In this document: one piece after another, positions 1 through 7,993 of the stretch
Numbering within the stretch: the first letter of the stretch is position 1
How the letters are laid out: each line of letters opens with the position of its first letter
Program-made: the position numbers and the translations under genes
The notes under the pieces: generated by a model
Database searches by the model: none
Seen by the model: only the letters and a program-made list of their open reading frames with translations
Told to the model about the DNA's origin: nothing
DNA from: an archaeon
GTDB lineage: Archaea > Asgardarchaeota > Thorarchaeia > Thorarchaeales > Thorarchaeaceae
Assembly: GCA_024275415.1 (NCBI GenBank)
Contig: JAJRZD010000089.1
Coordinates: 1 to 32,000 of the forward strand
Length of the DNA: 32,000 bases
Reading direction: 5' to 3'

Positions 1-2418
1 AAGGTCTGTGACTCTTTCTGAAAGTATTGTAATGCTCTCTCCAAGACTGCTCACCTCAGCCCGTTTTGCAGCTTGATCCCTCTCGGCAGTTTGCAGGTTG
101 CTCTCGACCTCAGCAAGCTGTTCCCTCAGTTCCCTGTACCTCATACGTATTGCTGATTGCTCTGCGACGAGCCTGCTTCGTTCAGGAGGCTGTGAGGCAT
201 CTAGTTTCTTCAACTCCCTTTCAGCCCTGGCTATTTTAGACTGGAATTCCTTTATCTCATCATCGAGCGCAACGATGCGCTCCTGTTGCTCAGGTATCAT
301 ATCTCGAAGTTTCTTTCGTCTCTCCCAAGTACCACTCCATCTGGTAATCCGGCTGATGAGATCCATCACTTCTTCTCTCTCACGAGCATTCTTCTCAATT
401 TGGCTCATGATATCTGAAACCTGTTTCTGGGCGCCTTTCAACTCCTTCTCTGACTCTTCAAGGCGTGTTTGAAGCGGAGCAGTAGCGATTACCCCTGTGG
501 GTTCTTGTCTAGGATAGCTGACCAGTCGGGATGAAGATGGCTCTACCCTTTGGCCCACGAGTGAAACTGACAAGATGCCATCTTTCAGAGACGTTCGTTC
601 GGAGTCCTGATATTTGGAAGTGACTAGATAGTGTCCGAAGGCCCGTCCCAGTTTATCTACGATTTCAGTATCAAGTTCAATGAGATCCCAAAGCCATCCG
701 ATAGTACCCTTTCGTTTTGGCACATCAGGTTTTTCTACCACATCCACTTCGTCTTTCAGCAGGATGATAGGTGCTTCTGCGCCGAGTTCGTTCCTTATCT
801 TCGTAAGCAGAACATATTCTCTTTCGTCCTCAACAATGAATGAGAACGCCATATGATAGGGGATGACAGCTTCAACGGCGCGGGCATACTCCTCTTTGAC
901 TGATATCACTTCAATGATTGGGCCTAATACGGATTCGAGGTTGTGTTCCTTGACAGCCTTCTTCAGTTCCAGTACATTGTCCGGTATCCTTTTCGTGCTC
1001 TCAGAGAGTTTGATTCTGATATCATCAATTTCCTTCTGGAGCTGTGCTGTCTGACTCACCAACCTGAACCGTTTCTCATTCAGGGACGCCATTTCTCGTT
1101 CGAGGTGTGCCTTCCTTGCCACGAGTTCCTTTTCATCGGTTTTTTCCATGGCACTCCAGACATGTTTCCATTTGTTCTCGATGGAATGGAGTTCTGCCTC
1201 GTCAAGTTGCAGTTTCTCTTGCAGACTCCTGTAGAGAAGATCCTTTCCTCGCAAGTCAGCTTGGAGAGCTCGAAACGTGCTTAGCACCTCAGACCTCTGG
1301 GCGTTCCATTCTGCAAATGCAGCAAGTGAGTTCTCTATCCTTGTCCGCTCTTCGTCTATCTCATCGATACTCTGGGAGAGGTTATGTTGCTCCTCCATCA
1401 TCATCTCCTTTGTTGCACTAATCCGACGCAGGTCTTCTTTTGCCCGTTCTCTCTTTTTCTTGTCAGCAGATACCCTCTTCTCCAGCTCTTTGATCTCATC
1501 CAACGTGGACTTTGTTTCTGCCTCTATCTTTGCGAGCCTTCGTTCTTCTTCCTCAATGCGTGTCGTGATACTGCCCATCTCTCTTTGTAGTTGAGAAACC
1601 TCGGTATCCAATACGTTCTGCCGTTCCTCTTCATTGACTATCTCGGACTCTAACTTGGAGATCTCCTCAAGAATCTCGCCGAGTCCTTTCTCTTTCTCTT
1701 CAATCTCGTCTTTGATGGTATTAATCTTAGATGACAGATCATCCACGGTGGCCCATTTCACTTCTATGTCAAGAGTCCTTTCTTCTTTCAGTAGTTCACG
1801 TTTTCGTTTGAGTCGTTCTATATCCCCCTGAAGCAGCTCGATTTCCCTTTGGACCATCTCAGCCTCTGCTGAAGTAGCATCAAGCCGTTCACGAGCGAAC
1901 TGAACCTTTGTTTCTTCCATGATGATCCTGTCGCGAAGGGAACTCAAACCAGTTCCTTCTTCGATAAGCTTCCTGACTTCCACCGGATCCATATCCCGCA
2001 GAGCATTGATTCGTTCCTGTGGCATGAACACAAGCGGGTTGTCGATATCAAAACCAAGAGTATCCACCAGTGTCTGCAGCTCGGCAGCCTTTACCCTTTT
2101 ACCATCGACATAGGATCTTGGTACTCCGTCCCTTGATATTTTTCTCACAAGACTACGATGTTGTCCATTGACGCGTACTCGTATTTCTACTTCTGCAAGG
2201 TTAGCCCCATGACGAATGAAATCACTCCATTTTGAGTATCGGTTCTCGCGTTGGTTCGAACCTAATGCGAACTTTAGTGCATGGAAGATGGATGTCTTGC
2301 CTGAGCCATTGGGTCCAACGATCACAGTCAAACCTGAATCGAACTGTACCTCTCCCTCGTAAAAGGAGAGGAAATTCTTTAGTCTGACCGACTCCACACT
2401 CACGTTGAACTGCTTCAC
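1..2418 (-). CDS. smc: SMC-family ATPase, SMC5/6-like (5' part, about 806 codons; runs off left edge)
   Basis: Hand translation, not in the ORF track. GTG at 2418 after GGAAGGT gives MKQFNVSVESVRLRNFLSF, then Walker A GPNGSGKT, SDFIRHGANLAEVEI and Q-loop DNPLVFMPQERI. A long coiled coil leads to a hinge (VLGPIIEVISVKEEYARAVEAVIPYHMAFSFIV, about 930-830) and the return coil. The frame was open in every segment I translated; Ser-rich antisense shadow ORFs across the region fit the same frame. Confidence 0.9.
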   Translation of the reverse strand, partial: MKQFNVSVESVRLKNFLSFYEGEVQFDSGLTVIVGPNGSGKTSIFHALKFALGSNQRENRYSKWSDFIRHGANLAEVEIRVRVNGQHRSLVRKISRDGVPRSYVDGKRVKAAELQTLVDTLGFDIDNPLVFMPQERINALRDMDPVEVRKLIEEGTGLSSLRDRIIMEETKVQFARERLDATSAEAEMVQREIELLQGDIERLKRKRELLKEERTLDIEVKWATVDDLSSKINTIKDEIEEKEKGLGEILEEISKLESEIVNEEERQNVLDTEVSQLQREMGSITTRIEEEERRLAKIEAETKSTLDEIKELEKRVSADKKKRERAKEDLRRISATKEMMMEEQHNLSQSIDEIDEERTRIENSLAAFAEWNAQRSEVLSTFRALQADLRGKDLLYRSLQEKLQLDEAELHSIENKWKHVWSAMEKTDEKELVARKAHLEREMASLNEKRFRLVSQTAQLQKEIDDIRIKLSESTKRIPDNVLELKKAVKEHNLESVLGPIIEVISVKEEYARAVEAVIPYHMAFSFIVEDEREYVLLTKIRNELGAEAPIILLKDEVDVVEKPDVPKRKGTIGWLWDLIELDTEIVDKLGRAFGHYLVTSKYQDSERTSLKDGILSVSLVGQRVEPSSSRLVSYPRQEPTGVIATAPLQTRLEESEKELKGAQKQVSDIMSQIEKNAREREEVMDLISRITRWSGTWERRKKLRDMIPEQQERIVALDDEIKEFQSKIARAERELKKLDASQPPERSRLVAEQSAIRMRYRELREQLAEVESNLQTAERDQAAKRAEVSSLGESITILSERVTDL

Positions 2419-2422
2419 ATAC

Positions 2423-3493
2423 TTACCTTCCCATCAGTCTGCTCAATCTGTCCCTTGTGCGCTTGGCTCTCATCAATCGTGTCAACCTGTCTTCGGGATT
2501 TCCAGTAAGGAGAAATGGATACCTGCTCAGGAATTCGCTATCTCCCCGAGTGAGTGGGAGGCTCCCGTTGAGGGTTTCGATGACCCTCTGGGTCTGTTGA
2601 AAGTCGTCCCCCACGGCCAACAGGTACAGCTGGTCCAAAAAATCATCGGGAAACTGCGCGTCAACTGTCGGATATGCGGGGATGTGACTCCCTTTTGCGG
2701 TGATGTTGATGTACTCGCGGGTTTCTTTCCTTGTAAGGGCAACGATGCCTATAGACTGAAGCATCTTCTCAAGTTCTGTCCTCGAGTACGGCTTTGTTTC
2801 CTGTGGGACATCTGTCAGGAATGCCGTTGCCAGATGAAGGATGTCCGAGAAACCCCATCCCTCTGTCAGCTCTGAAACCAGCGCTGGATCGAGGTCTTTC
2901 CTCTCGCCTAGTAATTGTTCAATGATAGTCTTCCGTTCTTCGTAAGTGGGGGGCTCAAATAGGTATACGCGGTCAAAGATGGACAGCACTCCCTCTTCGA
3001 TTCTTTCAGGGTGCAATGTAGCTCCCACAATCAGAATCTCGTCATTGTCCCATAAGGATTCTTTCAGGATGTCCATGAATGAAGATGCATGTTCCGTATC
3101 TTTCCGTGCAATCACATCGACCTTATCGAGATAGATTATGGCTGGAGAGTTGCGTTTTGCCACCTCTATCAAGGTTCTGAGAGAGTTGGTCATCTGTTGG
3201 GTATCACCCAGCGACTGTTCGATTCTTAGCCTGATGAGATTCATTGGCATCTCATATGCAACATGGTGAGCAAATGCTTCAAAGTCGGTTCCCGGGTTCC
3301 CGATAAGCAGTACTCTGCCACCGAACACAAGTCCCTTTGAGTGTACTTTCTCCTTAGTCGTCCCAAACTGGGTTAATGCCGAATGGAATGCCTTTGCCCT
3401 TGATATGACAGTAGGTTGCCCTACTCTGTTTGGATCGAGTTCCTCCGGCTCCTGTATGAGTATGTTCTCAGTCATGTCATGTGAATCACTCAC
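2423..3493 (-). CDS. Degenerate (pseudo-ATPase) classical AAA+ domain protein with C-terminal extension
   Basis: CDC48/Vps4/PAN-type AAA layout: VLLIGNPGTDFE (Walker A remnant), IIYLDKVD (Walker B remnant), ILIVGATLHPERIEEGVLSIFDRVYLFEPPTYEER (SRH), LTEGWGFSDI (lid). GTG start after GAGGGGTG. Confidence 0.8.
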   Translation of the reverse strand: MSDSHDMTENILIQEPEELDPNRVGQPTVISRAKAFHSALTQFGTTKEKVHSKGLVFGGRVLLIGNPGTDFEAFAHHVAYEMPMNLIRLRIEQSLGDTQQMTNSLRTLIEVAKRNSPAIIYLDKVDVIARKDTEHASSFMDILKESLWDNDEILIVGATLHPERIEEGVLSIFDRVYLFEPPTYEERKTIIEQLLGERKDLDPALVSELTEGWGFSDILHLATAFLTDVPQETKPYSRTELEKMLQSIGIVALTRKETREYINITAKGSHIPAYPTVDAQFPDDFLDQLYLLAVGDDFQQTQRVIETLNGSLPLTRGDSEFLSRYPFLLTGNPEDRLTRLMRAKRTRDRLSRLMGR

Positions 3494-3645
3494 TATTGCA
3501 CCCCTCGGCAGTTAATCTATTGAAACCTGAATACATATTATCTCTTCGAAGTAACCTTTTTTCAGCGCCATTTAGAATATCCATTTCGCGCCTGATGGTA
3601 TCAATCTTAAGAGGAAGTTCCTAATCTTGAATATGTTGTGAGGTC

Positions 3646-5361
3646 ATGACCAAAACGAGCGAACCCCTGCGTGAGAGCATCTGGAACGCGATTGCTACAG
3701 TCGAAAGTAGGGGACTCTTTGTTCACAGTGAAGAGCTTCCCCTCAAGTTCAAGCAAAGTTCTCGTTCGAGTTCAAAGACCCGTACAGTCAAGTTGCCTTT
3801 AATCGTTGGTGCTTGCATCCTGAACTCGTTGGTTCCTCGCTCAGCGATGCTTCTTGTTGGGGGACACGGTGGTGGGAAGACAACCCTGATCAAGTTACTT
3901 GGGAGAATGCTCACAGGCAAGACCCTCGATGAGATTGACGGCGGTGTACTCAGGGGACACCCGCAGCTCACCGAAGAGAAGATGGTAGCAACGCTCCGTC
4001 CTGGTCCTCTAATGAAGGACGGGCTCGAAGTAGTGGTGTGGCGTCAATTCATCACGAATTTCTGGAAGATAATCGATGAGGTCAATCGACTTACCCCCCA
4101 CGCCCAGAACATCCTCCTCTCAATGCTTGCCGAGGGTGAGTTGAAGTATTATGATGAAGTCATGCATTGCGATGACTATTGTCTGTACGCCACGATGAAT
4201 CCAACAGATAGCGGGACATTTGACTTGGCGCCCCCATTTCTGGATCGATTCGGTATCGCTGTCCCCATTACCATGCCCACTGTGAACGACCTCGAGCTGA
4301 TACTTGCATCTCGCGACGAACGGCTTTTTGGGTACGACGAGTTATGGCAAGTACCTGCGATTACGACTGAGGAAGACCTGCTCACCATATGGAATCTGGC
4401 GGACAAGGTCGCTGTTTCCCCTGATGCCTCCGAATTCATGCGTTCTCTGGTCCGTGAGTTTGGTGCCTGTATACGAGTCGATAAGAGCCAGAGTCACAGT
4501 CTGACTGTCGAAACTGGCCTTTGTGATGGCTGTCACTATAACACTGCAAAGAGCGTGTGCAACAAGGTCATCATTCCTCTAAGTGTGCGTGCGGTGAAAG
4601 ATCTCAACAGGTACTGCAAGGCTGCTGCTTGGCTGGTCGGAGCTTCTGAAGTGGGCATCGAACTGGTAAAATCCATTGCACCTCTTGTCTTCTGGCATAG
4701 AACCAAGTACGTTTCTGAAGGGGTCGAGAAGTCTCCGTATTTCGGGAATACCTACGAGTACACAAAACATCTGGTTGAATTAGCCACACAGCGATTTGCC
4801 CAGCGCAAGTCTGCAATTCAGTTGATGGACCGATTGAAACAGGGCGATGGTGGCAAGGAACTGCTCAAAGAGCTGGCGGAGATGGGAAAGAGTGACCTGC
4901 TTGTACGACTCGATTACTTGAGGCTGGCAAAGGATCTGAAGCGTCCGGTATATGCTACTATGGTGAAGAACATCGAGAAGGCAATCAAGTCAACCAATGT
5001 GAAGAACCTGACAAGACTCCAGCAAGACTTGCTTGGGAAACCTGACTTCCCGAACCGAAGCATGTTACTTGGTCGGATCTCTGAAGAGTTACATCGGTTG
5101 ACGCTCTCGCAGTTCACGTTGACCTTTGAACAATGGCAGGAACTCTGGACAGATATCAGCCTGAGAATTCCGAGAGCAACGAGCATCCTGAAGGATACCC
5201 TGAACCCTCCGCGAAGAAAGGTCGTACGAACTGATGGTATCACCCTTGTTATCTACGTGACTGGCAGTTCTCCGGAATCTCCAGTATTCATCGAGGTTTC
5301 TGGGAGTGCTCAAGCATTGGAGATAAAGAAGCAAATCGAGAAACACCTGAATGAGGGATGA
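3646..5361 (+). CDS. moxR: MoxR-family AAA+ ATPase
   Basis: Walker A GGHGGGKT, Walker B IIDEVNRL, ATMNP sensor and FLDRF arginine finger. A VWA partner lies directly downstream. Confidence 0.85.
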   Translation: MTKTSEPLRESIWNAIATVESRGLFVHSEELPLKFKQSSRSSSKTRTVKLPLIVGACILNSLVPRSAMLLVGGHGGGKTTLIKLLGRMLTGKTLDEIDGGVLRGHPQLTEEKMVATLRPGPLMKDGLEVVVWRQFITNFWKIIDEVNRLTPHAQNILLSMLAEGELKYYDEVMHCDDYCLYATMNPTDSGTFDLAPPFLDRFGIAVPITMPTVNDLELILASRDERLFGYDELWQVPAITTEEDLLTIWNLADKVAVSPDASEFMRSLVREFGACIRVDKSQSHSLTVETGLCDGCHYNTAKSVCNKVIIPLSVRAVKDLNRYCKAAAWLVGASEVGIELVKSIAPLVFWHRTKYVSEGVEKSPYFGNTYEYTKHLVELATQRFAQRKSAIQLMDRLKQGDGGKELLKELAEMGKSDLLVRLDYLRLAKDLKRPVYATMVKNIEKAIKSTNVKNLTRLQQDLLGKPDFPNRSMLLGRISEELHRLTLSQFTLTFEQWQELWTDISLRIPRATSILKDTLNPPRRKVVRTDGITLVIYVTGSSPESPVFIEVSGSAQALEIKKQIEKHLNEG

Positions 5362-5367
5362 TATACA

Positions 5368-7056
5368 TTGGACGCGTCTGGAGATTTTGAATCGGCTGCA
5401 AGACAGGCATGGTCGCAGGCTATCTCGGATTTCTATCACCCACCACTACCCGAGCCTGTCATCGAGCATGATGAGAAGGCATCTTCATTCTTCTACATTG
5501 ACTCTGGGTCTTGGACAGTCCACCTGAATACGGCTGGAGTCCCCCAGAGTATGGATGCCGAGACCGCAGAGCCATTCCTTCGTTCCATCAGCCACCATGA
5601 GATCCAACATTACCTTCTCTGCCCCTTCGATGGCGTGACCAATGGGATGATGTTCTCGGCAGCAAGGAAACATCTGCCTGATGACCTTGCCATGTTCGTG
5701 TGCAATGTCTTTGCCGATCTGGTGGTGGATTCGTTTCTTCTCAAGAGATACCAAAATATCACATGGTCACGAATAACAGAGTCAATCCGTGACTCAGCGA
5801 TTCGTACGCAGGATCATAGCCCTCTTTGGATTCTTGTAATTGCAGTGTATCATCATATGTGGGGTTTTCCACTACCAGATATTCGCATAGATGATGAAAC
5901 ACTTCATCGGGTCGCTAAGGACATAGTAATAATCGCTTCAAAGCACATCGACACAGAACGCAAGTGGCCAAAGGCAACTGATGAGATAGCGAAAGTGATT
6001 GCAGAATGGCTACCTGACCCCGAGGACGAATTGGGAGGCACTGGGTTAAAGGAATCACCAGGGGACGGTTCGTTGTTAGTCCCTTCAGACCTCGATGGTG
6101 TGATGGGCAGTCCTGTTGAGAATAGGAACGGTGACCGTGCAAGGAAGTGTCTTCATCCAGAAGAAATGTCGATATCTGAGGATGAGTTGGAACGTCTGGC
6201 GCGAGAAGTAGAGGCTCGTGGAGGTTCGTTCAAGGATCTTGAGGCTGTCTATATGATCTCGGGCGGAGGCACAATGACTAAGGACTGGATACGGTTCTGG
6301 TATAGGGCAAAATCCCGAGGACTGTTGCGATTCCATGTCACATCACTACGTCCCAGTGGGGAAGTTCCTCTGACACCTAGCGCATGGCGATTGGGAGACC
6401 CTATTGAAGAACTGGATATCGTGCAATCCCTTCAGGCGTTCCCTGTGCTTGTCCCGAATATGTCTACCCGACGATGGATACGCACGGTTTCATACGGAGA
6501 GTCAAGCCACAAGTCATTGCCTGATCTCCTACTAGTATTGGACTCAAGCGGTTCGATGCAATGGTCGATGGGGGCAAAGGATCTTCGAGGTGAATATCAC
6601 GTCGCTCTAGTTTCTGCATTTGCTGCGATGGACACCTCTCTCAGAAGAGGCTGCAAGGTCGCAGCCATAAACTTCTCAGGAAGCATCCTGAAGTCGGGAT
6701 GGACTCGGGAGCGTTCTGAGCTGGAACGAGTTCTCATGGCATACCAAGGTGGGGGCACAGTCATGCCAGTCAAGGACATCAAAACACTCTGCAATGAATC
6801 CGTTTCGCCAGTAATGAGCATCATTATCACTGATGCTGGTGTCTCGAATTGGAACCCCTTTGTCAAGACAATAGCCAGTCTTGCCAAGAATGGCCATAAG
6901 ATGTTTATCTTCCATATAGGGGGGAATGCAAAACCTTCAAAGTCCATTCAAGAACTTGAACGCGCTGGAGCAACTATCATTCCAGTTTCTTCGGCGAAGG
7001 AATTGCCCGGATTGGTGGTGTCTGAAGTCCGTCGTGTGTATTCTAAAGACACCTAA
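5368..7056 (+). CDS. VWA (MIDAS) protein with N-terminal HEXXH putative metallopeptidase domain
   Basis: HEIQH motif (5596-5610) followed by NVFADLVVD. C-terminal VWA with DSSGS, GGT and IITD. TTG start after GAGGGA. Confidence 0.85.
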   Translation: MDASGDFESAARQAWSQAISDFYHPPLPEPVIEHDEKASSFFYIDSGSWTVHLNTAGVPQSMDAETAEPFLRSISHHEIQHYLLCPFDGVTNGMMFSAARKHLPDDLAMFVCNVFADLVVDSFLLKRYQNITWSRITESIRDSAIRTQDHSPLWILVIAVYHHMWGFPLPDIRIDDETLHRVAKDIVIIASKHIDTERKWPKATDEIAKVIAEWLPDPEDELGGTGLKESPGDGSLLVPSDLDGVMGSPVENRNGDRARKCLHPEEMSISEDELERLAREVEARGGSFKDLEAVYMISGGGTMTKDWIRFWYRAKSRGLLRFHVTSLRPSGEVPLTPSAWRLGDPIEELDIVQSLQAFPVLVPNMSTRRWIRTVSYGESSHKSLPDLLLVLDSSGSMQWSMGAKDLRGEYHVALVSAFAAMDTSLRRGCKVAAINFSGSILKSGWTRERSELERVLMAYQGGGTVMPVKDIKTLCNESVSPVMSIIITDAGVSNWNPFVKTIASLAKNGHKMFIFHIGGNAKPSKSIQELERAGATIIPVSSAKELPGLVVSEVRRVYSKDT

Positions 7057-7139
7057 ACCTTTATCTAAGCCACTGAGGGGCGTCGGCGACGTGTCTCAAT
7101 TCCCATTCATGGACACCTCCGACACGAGGCAGTGTTACA

Positions 7140-7991
7140 ATGTACGAGATTACAAAAAAGAAGGTGCTAGCCAATGTTGGCGGTGCACGTACAACACTAA
7201 TGGTCGTGAAGGCCCCCGATGTGGCGCGAGTATGTCTACCCGGACAATTCGTTATGATTCGCGTCAATGAAACCGGGGAACGAATTCCTCTTACTGTGGC
7301 TGATTTTGATAGGGATCGAGGAGAGGTGACAATCGTCTTTCAGGAAGTAGGAAAGACGACCAAGCTTCTTGGAACGCTTGAAGAAGGCGAATTCATCCAA
7401 GACTTCGTTGGACCGCTCGGAAAGGCCACTCCAGCCGATAAGAAGTATGGTACAGTCGTCGCTATCGGTGGTGGTTGCGGAAGTGCGATAGCATATCCTG
7501 TCGCCAGAGCTTTCAAGGATGCTGGCAACTATCTCATTACAATCAACGGCGCACGTAGCATGGACTTCCTTATCTATCGTGATGAGATGAAGTCCATCAG
7601 CGATGAGTGGTACGAGACCACTGACGATGGTTCCTGTGGCGTCCATGGATTTGTTACTACTGTGCTGGCTGACCTTATTGAAAAGGGACGCGACATTGAC
7701 TTGGTCTTTGCAGTGGGCCCGGTTCCAATGATGAAGTTCGTAGCGAAGACGACCGAGTCTAAGGGGATTCACACGATTGTGAGCCTGAACAGTATCATGG
7801 TCGATGGTACAGGGATGTGTGGTGCTTGTCGTGTGTCAGTAGGAGGTCAGATGAAATTCTCATGTGTTGACGGACCCGAGTTTGACGGTCATCAAGTCGA
7901 TTTTGATGAACTCATGAGACGATTGGAAGCCTACAAGGAAAAGGAAGCTATCTCCTTGGAAGAATGGGAGAAGCAGGCTGGAGGTAGATAA
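7140..7991 (+). CDS. nfnA: NfnA/SudB: NADH-dependent ferredoxin:NADP+ oxidoreductase small subunit
   Basis: PGQFVMIR, ERIPLT, GPLG, GGGCG, and the [2Fe-2S] motif DGTGMCGAC...CVDGP. Confidence 0.93.
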   Translation: MYEITKKKVLANVGGARTTLMVVKAPDVARVCLPGQFVMIRVNETGERIPLTVADFDRDRGEVTIVFQEVGKTTKLLGTLEEGEFIQDFVGPLGKATPADKKYGTVVAIGGGCGSAIAYPVARAFKDAGNYLITINGARSMDFLIYRDEMKSISDEWYETTDDGSCGVHGFVTTVLADLIEKGRDIDLVFAVGPVPMMKFVAKTTESKGIHTIVSLNSIMVDGTGMCGACRVSVGGQMKFSCVDGPEFDGHQVDFDELMRRLEAYKEKEAISLEEWEKQAGGR

Positions 7992-7993
7992 GG

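Noticed and set aside
98-2113. Series of plus-strand ORFs, several Ser-rich
   Set aside because: Antisense shadows of the Glu/Lys-rich SMC coiled coil on the minus strand.
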